Shown here piece after piece: positions 43,017 to 52,790 of a stretch of 52,812 nucleotides of DNA. Source of the stretch: an uncultured Bacilli bacterium. GTDB lineage: Bacteria > Bacillota_I > Bacilli_A > RF39 > UBA660. Both the position numbers and the translations under genes were made by a program. The DNA lies in assembly GCA_947631655.1 (NCBI GenBank), contig CANRME010000002.1, positions 1-52,812 of the forward strand, in the 5' to 3' direction. How positions within the stretch are numbered: position 1 is the stretch's first letter; every line of letters begins with the position of its first letter. The notes under the pieces were generated by a model. That model searched no databases, was not told the DNA's origin, and worked only from the letters and a program-made list of their open reading frames with translations.

Positions 43017-44868
43017 TTTTGTTATACTCCTTTTTTAAATAAACTTGTAAGACAGATAAGTCGCTTGGGTTGACACCACTGATACGAGAAGCTTGTGCTA
43101 ATGTTTTGGGACGAACTAATTCGAGTTTTTGACGAGCTTCACTAGCTAAGTTTTTAATATCTTTATAATTAATATCTTCAGGAACTTCTTTCTCTTCTAG
43201 TTTAGCTAATTTTTCAACTTCTTTGTAAGATTTTGCAATATAACCTTCATATTTAGTAGCTATTTCTACTTGTTCTAAGACTTCATCATTATAGTCTAGA
43301 TTTAATAATTCTTTTAAGAAAGATATTTTTATTTCCGGACGTTTTAATAATTGATAGTAAGTAATATTTTCTTTAGGAATTTCTAGATTATATTTTTTAA
43401 ATAGGTCTTTATCTTGTTTAATTAAGTGATGTTCTTGTAAATATTTAGTTAAAGTATCTATATCTTTTTCTTTAGTAGTTAAACGATTCATTTGTTCTTC
43501 GTTAATTAAGCCACAATTATATCCATATTTTCGAAGACGTAGGTCAGCATTATCATGACGAAGAAGTAAACGGAATTCGGCACGAGATGTGAGCATTCGA
43601 TATGGTTCTTTCGTACCTTTAGTTACTAGATCGTCTATTAAAACACCAATATAAGATTCATTTCTTTTTAGTATTAAAGGTTCTTTATTTTGAAGTTTTA
43701 GAGAAGAGTTAATACCAGCGATTAAGCCTTGACCAGCGGCTTCTTCATAACCAGAAGTACCATTTATTTGACCAGCGGTGAAAAGATTAGTTATAACTTT
43801 ATTTTCAAGAGAAGGACTTATTTGGAGAGGATCGATAGCATCATATTCAATAGCATAAGCATTCTTAGTAATAACTGCGTTTTCTAGTCCCTTTAGAGAA
43901 TGAACCATTTTTTCTTGAATATCTTTAGGCATACTAGTAGAAAAACCTTGTAAGTACCATTCATCATAATATAAGCTTTCAGGTTCTAGAAATAATTGAT
44001 GACGTTCTTTATCACTAAAACGAACGATTTTATCTTCAATAGAAGGACAGTAACGAGGTCCAACACCTTCTACGATACCACCATACATACTTGATTTATC
44101 TAAGTTATCTAAAATTAATTTTTTAGTTTCGGGAGTAGTATAAATTAAATAACATTTTTGTTGCTTATTTTTATCATATAAAGGAGGGTTATCGAAACTG
44201 AAGGTCCAATATTCATCGTCACCATTTTCTTCTTTCATGACAGAAAAATCAATAGAACTAGCTTTGATACGAGGAGGAGTTCCAGTTTTTAAACGTAGGA
44301 TTTTAATACCTAGTTTTTTTAGATTATCACTTAGATGACGGGAGTAATCTTCGCCATGAGGTCCACTTGGAGTTTTCGTATGACCCACTAGAATTTGGGC
44401 TTTTAAATAAGTACCGGTGGTTAAGATTAAATTAGTACAAGATATTTCTTCACCATTAGATAGAATTATTCCTTTAATAGTATTATCTTCGACAATAATA
44501 TCTTCAACCATAGCTTCTTTAATAGTAAGATTAGGAGTGTTTTCTAAAACTCTCACCATTTCTTTAGGATAAGTTATTTTATCAGCTTGAGCACGTAGGG
44601 AACGCACAGCAGGGCCTTTACTATTATTAAGCATTTTTATTTGGAAGTGAGATCTATCAGCAACTTTACCCATAATACCACCTAAAGCATCTATTTCTCT
44701 TACAATAATACCTTTAGCGGTTCCACCAATAGAGGGGTTACAGGGCATGTCCGCAATATTTTTTTTGTTCATGGTTACTAAAAGAGTTTTAATACCCATA
44801 GTAGCACTAGCATGAGCAGCTTCACAACCGGCGTGACCACCACCAACAACTATACAATCATATTTCAT
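43009..44868 (-). CDS. mnmG: tRNA uridine 5-carboxymethylaminomethyl modification enzyme MnmG
   Basis: YDCIVVGGGHAGCEAA FAD motif, NPSIGG, GQINGTSGYEEAA, 619 aa. Confidence 0.95.
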   Translation of the reverse strand: MKYDCIVVGGGHAGCEAAHASATMGIKTLLVTMNKKNIADMPCNPSIGGTAKGIIVREIDALGGIMGKVADRSHFQIKMLNNSKGPAVRSLRAQADKITYPKEMVRVLENTPNLTIKEAMVEDIIVEDNTIKGIILSNGEEISCTNLILTTGTYLKAQILVGHTKTPSGPHGEDYSRHLSDNLKKLGIKILRLKTGTPPRIKASSIDFSVMKEENGDDEYWTFSFDNPPLYDKNKQQKCYLIYTTPETKKLILDNLDKSSMYGGIVEGVGPRYCPSIEDKIVRFSDKERHQLFLEPESLYYDEWYLQGFSTSMPKDIQEKMVHSLKGLENAVITKNAYAIEYDAIDPLQISPSLENKVITNLFTAGQINGTSGYEEAAGQGLIAGINSSLKLQNKEPLILKRNESYIGVLIDDLVTKGTKEPYRMLTSRAEFRLLLRHDNADLRLRKYGYNCGLINEEQMNRLTTKEKDIDTLTKYLQEHHLIKQDKDLFKKYNLEIPKENITYYQLLKRPEIKISFLKELLNLDYNDEVLEQVEIATKYEGYIAKSYKEVEKLAKLEEKEVPEDINYKDIKNLASEARQKLELVRPKTLAQASRISGVNPSDLSVLQVYLKKEYNKND

Positions 44869-44876
44869 TTTTTCAC

Positions 44877-46223
44877 CTACTTTCCTAAACAGAAATTTTT
44901 AAATAATTCGTCGATTAATTCTTCCGAATAAGTAGCACCAATAATTTCCCCTAAAGCATTCCAAGCATTTTTAATATCTATTTCTGCTAAATCAATAGGT
45001 GTTTCATCATTTAAGGAAATAATACTATTATTAATATAATTAATCGCTTTTTCAACTAATGCTATTTGGCGCGCATTCGACATATAAGCTAAGTTTTTAC
45101 TTTCAATTTTACCTAAGTTAAAGATTTTTAATATTTCTTTTTTAAGGGCATTGATGCCATCTTCACTATTGGTATTTCCCTCAATATAAGATGGAAGATG
45201 TTCTAACTCTAACTTAGTTTGTAAATCATTTTTATTAACAAAGATGATATGAGTTAGATCTTTTATTTTTTCTAATAAATCTTTATCTTCTTTAGTTAAT
45301 TTTTCATTACTATTTAAAACTAAGATTACTAAGTCAGCTTTATTTATGGCTTCTAAACTTTTATCAACACCAATTTTTTCAACAACGTCAGTAGTGTTTC
45401 TAATACCAGCAGTATCAATGAAATTAAGTTTTATACCATCAATTACGATACTACCTTCCACTATATCACGCGTAGTTCCAGCGATGTTAGTAACAATGGC
45501 TTTATTTTCATTTAAGAAACGATTTAATAAACTAGATTTACCAACATTAGGACGGCCGACAATACAAATATTTAAACCATCTTTAATGATTTTAGAGGTT
45601 TTACTTTCTTTTAAAATAGTATTTAAATTTTCTTTTACTTCTTCTAATTTAGGTAATAAAGTTTTATGGGTTACTACTTCAACATCTTCATATTCAGGGT
45701 AGTCAATATTTACTTCAATATTAGATAAAAGATATGCTAATTTTTCTCTTTCATTAGTTATTAATTTAGATAAAGTACCAGTTACTTGGTTTATAGCCAT
45801 CTTACGAGCATTATCTGTATCAGCAGTGATTAGATCACTTACAGCTTCGCTTTCGACTAAATCGATACGTCCATTTAGGAAAGCTCTCTTAGTAAATTCA
45901 CCAGGTTCAGCAAGACGAGCACCAATAGTTAATAAAATTTCTAATATTTTATTAGTGATAGCAATACCACCATGGGTATTTATTTCAACGACATCTTCGG
46001 TAGTAAAAGTTTTAGGAGCACGCATTACAGATACTAATACTTCATCAATTATTTCATTTTTATATTTTATATAACCATAATGAATAGTATGAGATGGGAC
46101 TTTAGTTAAATCTTTAGTAAATATACTGCTTACTAAAGAAATAGCTTCTTTACCACTTAATCTAATTATGGCGATAGCACCTTCCCCTAAAGGTGTTGAT
46201 ATAGCACAAATTGTATCAGTCAT
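44877..46223 (-). CDS. mnmE: tRNA modification GTPase MnmE
   Basis: DTICAISTP N-terminus, G1 GRPNVGKSSLLN, DTAGIR, and the C-terminal FCLGK motif. Confidence 0.95.
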   Translation of the reverse strand: MTDTICAISTPLGEGAIAIIRLSGKEAISLVSSIFTKDLTKVPSHTIHYGYIKYKNEIIDEVLVSVMRAPKTFTTEDVVEINTHGGIAITNKILEILLTIGARLAEPGEFTKRAFLNGRIDLVESEAVSDLITADTDNARKMAINQVTGTLSKLITNEREKLAYLLSNIEVNIDYPEYEDVEVVTHKTLLPKLEEVKENLNTILKESKTSKIIKDGLNICIVGRPNVGKSSLLNRFLNENKAIVTNIAGTTRDIVEGSIVIDGIKLNFIDTAGIRNTTDVVEKIGVDKSLEAINKADLVILVLNSNEKLTKEDKDLLEKIKDLTHIIFVNKNDLQTKLELEHLPSYIEGNTNSEDGINALKKEILKIFNLGKIESKNLAYMSNARQIALVEKAINYINNSIISLNDETPIDLAEIDIKNAWNALGEIIGATYSEELIDELFKNFCLGK

Positions 46224-46473
46224 AGTAACCCTTCTTTCCGCTGTATTATAGCACGAAGTAAGAAAAGTTTAAAGATTAAATGAATAAAAAATGATGCTTC
46301 TTAAATACTTACCCTTTATTTAGTTTCTTCTTGCAAAATAATTACATAACAGCAAACCGATATTTATCATCAACTTTTTAATTTTTTTATAAAAAAAGAA
46401 TTAATGTTTTTTATTCAATAATTCTTTTAATATTTCTAATTTTAAATTCTTCATTTTTATTGCCGTTCTGTAA

Positions 46474-47058
46474 TTATCCGTTATTATTTTTTTCTTTATA
46501 TTCAATTCTACGACGACAGTATTTACATCTTCCTACATTGGAAGTTAACATATTATCAGCTCCACAATAAGGACAGTAAACAACGTGAGTATTTTTAGCT
46601 TTTTCGCGTTTTTCTTTCATAATTAGATCATTCTTTTCTGATATTTTAGCATTTTGTTGTTCTGATTCTTTTATATAATTTCTTATGCTACTATTTAATT
46701 TACTGCTTACTTTTGAAAAAATCATATTAAATATATAAGTAATTATAATAAATATAATTCCAACTGTTATTAATAATTTACTATAATTGAGTAGTTTAAA
46801 ATAAATATTTGATTCTATTATAGTAGATAAATAAGGAAAAGAAGAAATACTAATTTTAAAGATATTTAAAATATATTTAGATATTTCAGGTATTAATATA
46901 AGTATCCCACAACATAAAATAGTTATAGGGGTTGAATACTTTTTAGAACTAAATATGTAATATCTAAATAATATTAAACAGATTCCTAGGAAAGGAATAA
47001 AGTATAAAGTTAGTAGAATTACTGGAATACTACATAGTATTTTTAAAAATCTATTCAT
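46474..47058 (-). CDS. 4-TM membrane protein with C-terminal zinc ribbon (operon gene 4)
   Basis: Four hydrophobic segments, then a basic helix and CPYCGADNMLTSNVGRCKYCRR. The start lies 13 nt after the upstream stop. Confidence 0.6.
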   Translation of the reverse strand: MNRFLKILCSIPVILLTLYFIPFLGICLILFRYYIFSSKKYSTPITILCCGILILIPEISKYILNIFKISISSFPYLSTIIESNIYFKLLNYSKLLITVGIIFIIITYIFNMIFSKVSSKLNSSIRNYIKESEQQNAKISEKNDLIMKEKREKAKNTHVVYCPYCGADNMLTSNVGRCKYCRRRIEYKEKNNNG

Positions 47059-47071
47059 AAATTATTCCTTT

Positions 47072-49924
47072 CTATTTATTAAAGAATTTTAAATCTGATT
47101 CTAGCGATTCGCTAATTCTTATAGGTTGATTAGAACCTTTATAATAATCATTTGCTTTAGTAACACAAGTTTGTTTATTACACTTTAAATCAACATATCT
47201 TTTTTCTCCGGGGTAATTATTGTCATATACTCCAATATAATAATGATTAGCGTCTTTATTATCTTGTACTAAACTTATAGCATTTATTGCGTGATAACTA
47301 GAACCCCCATCAAATGCTGAAAAAATAACAGGAGCATCTTTATTATCTAATCTATTTTTTAATAGTTCAATAAATGCTGCTCTATTTAGTTTTTCTGATG
47401 ATTCTGTGCCAATAACGTTTCTTAACCATACCAAAAAATTTGACGAAGATGAGTAATTTCGAGTAACATCTTGCTTAATAAAACCGGCATAAATAGCATT
47501 TAATAGTTGTTTATCACTATTATCTATAACAGAACTGGTTTGCATTTTATCTTCATTTAATAGAACTTCTTCATAATCTTCATATTTAACTCCCCATTTT
47601 TCTACTTTAGTTTTATCATCTAAGGTAGACTTAAATACTGAAGTATCATACATACCTGAATTAGCTAACTCTTTTTTATATTTTTCAGCATATACCATTG
47701 TATTACCAGATAATGTCAGTAAATCTGATGGTGGAGTTTCATTAAAATACTCAAATCCAAATGTATATTTTAAATTATTTGTTTTTAATTTATAATCATA
47801 AAGATTCTTAAAATTAGCAAAATATGTATTGTTTAAATCATAAGCATAAGATTTGTTTTTATCGGCAGTTATCCTATCCGCACTTAAAGGTAATTTTTTT
47901 GTATAGTATAATTCAGCAATAGTAGCCATTCCATAACAATGGCCTTCCGCTGAAAGGTTTGTACCGTAATTATGAAATGAGAATCCATCACGGTTTACAA
48001 CAAATCCACTGTCAGATATTAACATCCCATCTACTTGTCCATCATTATCTAAATCTATTAAGTTATCATCTAATTCTGCACCAACATTTTCAAATAATTC
48101 AGTTAATCCGTTAACGTCACTTGAAGAATAAAACTTACAACCTGTTTTATTTGAAATAGTTGATAATTCTGTATTGGTAGCTCCGCTACCAAATCCGATA
48201 GAACATATTTTTACATTATCAGAATTAGCATTATCAATTATAGTTTGAGTTTTACTTTTTAATAATGAATCTTCTCCATCAGTTAATATTACAATAAATT
48301 TATTATCACTTTCCGCATTAAATTCCTTTATTCCTTTGAATAGAGCATTTACAATATTTGTACCTTCTACTTCTGTAATAAATTTTCCATTCATTCCACT
48401 TAAAGTGTTCTTTATTGATGAAGCATCTGTTCCTATTTTATTGGCACTAGCATAATCACTTCTAAATTCTGATAATCCTATTTGATAATTTTTTTGAGAT
48501 AATCTAGTAACTAAATCACTAGTTAATGTAAATCTTACTCCATCGGCATCATAACCTGGTAATGGAGAATTATCAAAAATAGTTCCCGTATACTCTTCTC
48601 CAGTTATCTCTTTATATTGCTCACTATTATACATACTCCATGAATTATCAAGGATAAACAATATTTGAGTTGTTGTTTTTGTTTTTACAATAGTTTTATC
48701 ACCTATAACATAATTTGAAAAATGTTTTAAAGTTGCTGATAAGGTATTGTTATCTTTATCAATAGTAGTTTCTATTTCTTCATATTCCGAATTTTCTTCA
48801 TTAAAGTAATATATAGATAAGTTATCTTCATTTAAAGAGTATTTTATTAAATCTTCATCGGTATATGATAATGTAACTAATGCTTTTTCAATTGTACCAG
48901 GAGTATAGAAAGAATATAAATTATCTATCATTCCTTTTTTATTGCTAATTTTTGTATTTGAATTTATTTCGGCTGTAGTACTAGCAATATTTCCTTTTCC
49001 AGAAATTGTAAGGTTTATATTATCAGTTGAATAACTATAGGATAAAGCTCTTTCGCCATCTTTTAGGCCATCTCCTTTGGAATCGATTTTTAATGGATCT
49101 AACTCTAATTCTATTTCATTATAATCATTTAATCCGTCGCCATCAGTATCTTCTTTATTAGGATCGGTTTTACTTGTAAACAATTCATAGTTATCGTCAA
49201 GTCCATCCATATCACTATCAAGTAGTTCAGGATTGGTATTATATTCTTTTTCTTGTTTATTAGTTAATCCATCAAAATCTATATCTTCATCGGAATCATA
49301 ATCTACTTTCATATCTAATGCTAATTCTTGGTGTTCGGTATTAGGATTTATTACTGTAAATTCCTTCTTAAGTGTTTTTAATTTGTATTTAACTTCAATA
49401 TTACACTTACCAAGAGAATCAGATACATCCCATAATATATCTAATCCGTTTCTTACATAATTTCCACATGTAGTTTTTATTTTTAGTTGGTCTAGTTTCT
49501 TTTCATTTGAAAAATTGATTCCTAAATCTAAATTACTTTGAGTGACATAGCTTAAATTTATTACTTCTTTGTCTTTATTCCAACTTAAGTTTTCGAACCC
49601 AATTATTTGGTCATAAATAAATACTACGATTACGATAGCAAGTAAGCTGCCAAGACTTATTAATAAATTCTTTTTATATTTTATTACAAATTCTTGAATT
49701 TTTGTAAGCAATGGTTTTATAAAATTTTGACTTTTGGTAGAAAGCATTTCTGTCATAGTTCCACTACTATTTGTAGGAACATTTAAGTTGCTTTCTTGAG
49801 CTATATTTGATTCATTAACTTGTGGTGTTGTTTGTTTGAATTGAAAATTTTTTAAATTAGTACCACAGTTTGAGCAAAACTCGGAATTTTCAGGTAATTT
49901 AGTACCACACTTTGGACAAAACAT
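47072..49924 (-). CDS. Zinc-ribbon-anchored surface protein with TSP3-type calcium-binding repeats and a vWA domain (operon gene 3)
   Basis: N-terminal CPKCGTKLPENSEFCSNCG and one TM. Dx(D/N)xDGxxDxxE repeats (DSDEDIDFDGLTNKQE, DSDMDGLDDNYE, DTDGDGLNDYNE). vWA MIDAS ILFILDNSWSM, plus later ILTDGED. A ~300-aa C-terminal domain is of unclear type. Confidence 0.7.
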   Translation of the reverse strand: MFCPKCGTKLPENSEFCSNCGTNLKNFQFKQTTPQVNESNIAQESNLNVPTNSSGTMTEMLSTKSQNFIKPLLTKIQEFVIKYKKNLLISLGSLLAIVIVVFIYDQIIGFENLSWNKDKEVINLSYVTQSNLDLGINFSNEKKLDQLKIKTTCGNYVRNGLDILWDVSDSLGKCNIEVKYKLKTLKKEFTVINPNTEHQELALDMKVDYDSDEDIDFDGLTNKQEKEYNTNPELLDSDMDGLDDNYELFTSKTDPNKEDTDGDGLNDYNEIELELDPLKIDSKGDGLKDGERALSYSYSTDNINLTISGKGNIASTTAEINSNTKISNKKGMIDNLYSFYTPGTIEKALVTLSYTDEDLIKYSLNEDNLSIYYFNEENSEYEEIETTIDKDNNTLSATLKHFSNYVIGDKTIVKTKTTTQILFILDNSWSMYNSEQYKEITGEEYTGTIFDNSPLPGYDADGVRFTLTSDLVTRLSQKNYQIGLSEFRSDYASANKIGTDASSIKNTLSGMNGKFITEVEGTNIVNALFKGIKEFNAESDNKFIVILTDGEDSLLKSKTQTIIDNANSDNVKICSIGFGSGATNTELSTISNKTGCKFYSSSDVNGLTELFENVGAELDDNLIDLDNDGQVDGMLISDSGFVVNRDGFSFHNYGTNLSAEGHCYGMATIAELYYTKKLPLSADRITADKNKSYAYDLNNTYFANFKNLYDYKLKTNNLKYTFGFEYFNETPPSDLLTLSGNTMVYAEKYKKELANSGMYDTSVFKSTLDDKTKVEKWGVKYEDYEEVLLNEDKMQTSSVIDNSDKQLLNAIYAGFIKQDVTRNYSSSSNFLVWLRNVIGTESSEKLNRAAFIELLKNRLDNKDAPVIFSAFDGGSSYHAINAISLVQDNKDANHYYIGVYDNNYPGEKRYVDLKCNKQTCVTKANDYYKGSNQPIRISESLESDLKFFNK

Positions 49925-49937
49925 AGTTTACCTCCTT

Positions 49938-51818
49938 TTATTTATATTCAAAAAACATTTTTCCCGTAGTATATGAATAGTATTTACTACCTACTTCAAA
50001 ATGTTGTTCTCTTAAATAAGGTTGTTCATTAATAGTTACTATTTCTTTACCACTTTTAAAGTCATATAATGTGTATTTTCCATCTTTTTCAATAAATATG
50101 TATTTTGTTCCGTTAACTGTCTTAGTTTCAAACCATTTAGTTGTATATAGTTTTTTACCATTTATTTCAAAAATTGTTCTTGTTCCATCAGCATTATCAC
50201 CATAATAAATATTATTAGTTCCTTCTATATTATAAATTTTATATGCTGATCTATTATTAACATAATAGTCAGAAACTTTTTCCCCCTTTAAATTAATAAC
50301 ATAAAAATTCTCTTCATCATCACTTACAACTGCATACCCATTTTCATCGAAAGGATAAGCAAGTTCATAAGCTTTATCATCTAATCTAGTTCCATCACTT
50401 TTTATATAGATTTTTTTCCTATCATAATCCGTACAAGACCTTAATAAATATATTCCTTGTACAGCAAAGTTTTCATTACTATCCTTAAAACAATGGTAAT
50501 TTGTTTTAAACTGATTGTTTACATATACGTCTACGCCTATATCGGCATCTCTAAGATAGTTATTAGTATCAATATAAGCTTCATCACTTGTCAATTCTAG
50601 AATAGCATTACCTTGGTCATTAAGAATTTGTTTTTTTATACCATCATTTAAAACCAAATTATCTCCTTCATAGTGTAAGGCATCCATTGAATTACTTGTT
50701 TTAGTGAATTGAATCTTACCATTTTTAACAAATTTATAATTATTTCCTGAACTTAATATAAATTCATTTCGGTCATTTTCATTTATTTCGTCTATACTAT
50801 AACTATTTTCATCAGAAAACGATAATACTAATTTAGATTTTGTAATATCAAAATAGTAATTAATATTATTATAGAATAAATGAGTATATTCATCATATTG
50901 AGATGTTGATGGAACACTTCCATTATCCAAATCATCAAATGATAATAAGACATTTCCTTTGTAATCATAGAGAATATATTTTTCTGTGTCTTTATTTTGA
51001 ATTATACAATATTCCTCATCATGTGTTGTAACAAAATCTAAGCTTTCTCCTTTAATAACCAACTTTTTTGTAGTTGTATAAATGTTATCATCATAATTTT
51101 CGTCAACACAGTTATAAAATGGCCCTTCATCAAAAAGGTATTTGCATTCTCCAAAATCGAATAACATCTTACCATCACTTTTAATAACACCACTTTGCTC
51201 TTCTAAATTAGTAACTCTTGCTGTTCCGTTAACGAAACTAGAAACACTTTTAAAATTAACATTGGCTAATTGTTCACCATCTATATTAAATATCGTATAT
51301 TCCCCTGCTTTATTATAGACAGAGAAAGAATCTGAAGATGGCAATATTGAATGATCATTATTTTTGTTGGTTTTATTTGAGTTTCCTTTAATAAAGAAAA
51401 ATACTCCTACAACTAATCCAATAATTATTATAATTATAGCTATTATTAATACGTTTTTATTTTTACTTGGTTTGGTATTATTTATAGGATTTTCATAAAC
51501 AGGTTTGGAAATTGGGGGCGTTGATTGAAATTGAGGTGAGGAAGTTTGAGGGCCCATTTCATTTGAAGACTCTGGTTCACCCATTTGACTATTTATTGGT
51601 TGTTGCATTGGGGCACTTTGATTTTGAAAATAACTTGGTTGTTCTATAGGTTCATTAGAATTTATATTGTTATTTCCTAATTGTTGATTGAATTCGTTGG
51701 AATTAGGTATAGGATTTGGTTGCATAGTAGGTGCATCATTAGTAACTGGCTCTGTAGGCTGATTATTTGATAATTGGGAGTTTTCACTCCCAATATTATT
51801 ATTTAAATTGTTATTCAT
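49938..51818 (-). CDS. Single-pass membrane protein with N/Q/P-rich cytoplasmic tail and WG-repeat-like extracellular domain (operon gene 2)
   Basis: The first ~115 aa are low-complexity (N, Q, P). The TM is IAIIIIIIGLVVGVFFFI. Repeated ~35-aa units of the form F.NG.A.V......G.I...G follow (for example FVNGTARVTNLEEQSGVIKSDGKMLFDF and PFDENGYAVVSDDEENFYVINLKGEKV). Confidence 0.55.
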   Translation of the reverse strand: MNNNLNNNIGSENSQLSNNQPTEPVTNDAPTMQPNPIPNSNEFNQQLGNNNINSNEPIEQPSYFQNQSAPMQQPINSQMGEPESSNEMGPQTSSPQFQSTPPISKPVYENPINNTKPSKNKNVLIIAIIIIIIGLVVGVFFFIKGNSNKTNKNNDHSILPSSDSFSVYNKAGEYTIFNIDGEQLANVNFKSVSSFVNGTARVTNLEEQSGVIKSDGKMLFDFGECKYLFDEGPFYNCVDENYDDNIYTTTKKLVIKGESLDFVTTHDEEYCIIQNKDTEKYILYDYKGNVLLSFDDLDNGSVPSTSQYDEYTHLFYNNINYYFDITKSKLVLSFSDENSYSIDEINENDRNEFILSSGNNYKFVKNGKIQFTKTSNSMDALHYEGDNLVLNDGIKKQILNDQGNAILELTSDEAYIDTNNYLRDADIGVDVYVNNQFKTNYHCFKDSNENFAVQGIYLLRSCTDYDRKKIYIKSDGTRLDDKAYELAYPFDENGYAVVSDDEENFYVINLKGEKVSDYYVNNRSAYKIYNIEGTNNIYYGDNADGTRTIFEINGKKLYTTKWFETKTVNGTKYIFIEKDGKYTLYDFKSGKEIVTINEQPYLREQHFEVGSKYYSYTTGKMFFEYK

Positions 51819-52729
51819 TATTTAAACATATCCAAAATATTATCAAGTCCTCCAGTTACAGAACTTGTAAATAACTTAATAAATGCAAAGTATCCAACAA
51901 CTGCTAATACACTAAAGCATACTAAGTTAAAGTATATTTTGATATCTCCATCTAATTTTAATTCGTTATTAATTAATTCATAGAATATTAATAATGTATA
52001 AGCTGAACCTACAACCATAAATATAACACTTAATGGAGCCCATACCAAACTTCCAATGGGTGCTAAAATCATTACTCCAACTACCATAGGAATTAAAGAT
52101 GTAGCTGATATTGATAACATTTTAATAAAATTAGTTTGTTTTTTAATAATTAAACTTCCTAAATAGAATACTAGAGCCAGTGCTACTATAATAACTGCAT
52201 ATATTAAAAAGTTTTTTCCTATTAATTCAACCCATTTAATATTTTTTAAATTTTCCCATTTCCAAGTAGTAGTTAAACCTGATGTCCAACTATAATCTGT
52301 TACTCTTACAGTAGTAATTATTGTTTTTATCATATTAACTATAGTCATAATAGCTGCAATTATTACACTTAAAATAATTGATGTTTTAGTATCGTTTAAT
52401 TTATTTTCCTCTTCTTTAAAACATTTTAAAGGTTTTAATAATATTGCAACCATATACATTAAATAATTTAATGAAATTGTAGCAGTATTTGTTGTTACTG
52501 GAACTGTTTGAGCTGACATTTGCATTGTAGGTTGAACTGTTGATTGAGTTGGTTGAGCAACTTGAACTGGTTGTTGAATATTTTGTGATGGTTGAGTTGG
52601 CACACTTGATTGTTCGTTTATCGGAACAGCTGGTGTACTAGATTGTTCTACACCACCTAACCTTGTTCCACATTTTATACAAAATGAAGAACCATCAATA
52701 TTTTCTGCTCCACAATTTGGACATTTCAT
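51818..52729 (-). CDS. Zinc-ribbon plus Yip1-like multi-pass membrane protein (operon gene 1)
   Basis: MKCPNCGAENIDGSSFCIKCGTRL, then a Q/P/T/V-rich linker and five hydrophobic segments in a Yip1/DUF1282-like arrangement. RBS GAGGAGG. Its stop overlaps the next start (TAATG). Confidence 0.6.
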   Translation of the reverse strand: MKCPNCGAENIDGSSFCIKCGTRLGGVEQSSTPAVPINEQSSVPTQPSQNIQQPVQVAQPTQSTVQPTMQMSAQTVPVTTNTATISLNYLMYMVAILLKPLKCFKEEENKLNDTKTSIILSVIIAAIMTIVNMIKTIITTVRVTDYSWTSGLTTTWKWENLKNIKWVELIGKNFLIYAVIIVALALVFYLGSLIIKKQTNFIKMLSISATSLIPMVVGVMILAPIGSLVWAPLSVIFMVVGSAYTLLIFYELINNELKLDGDIKIYFNLVCFSVLAVVGYFAFIKLFTSSVTGGLDNILDMFK

Positions 52730-52758
52730 TTTATTTTCCTCCTCGTATAATAGTTTTT

Positions 52759-52790
52759 GTAAGAGATATTTATGTCTCTTACAAATTATA
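52759..52790 (-). promoter_or_regulatory. Promoter -10 element plus 8-bp perfect inverted repeat over the predicted start site of the zinc-ribbon operon
   Basis: On the minus strand, TATAAT (52790-52785) is followed after 2 nt by GTAAGAGA, an 8-nt spacer and TCTCTTAC (52782-52759). The RBS GAGGAGG lies further downstream. Confidence 0.45.

Noticed and set aside
46224-46473. Small RNA, tRNA or regulatory element in the 250-bp gap upstream of mnmE
   Set aside because: I found no cloverleaf-compatible stems, conserved riboswitch motifs or strong hairpins by eye. It is most likely just the promoter region plus AT-rich spacer.
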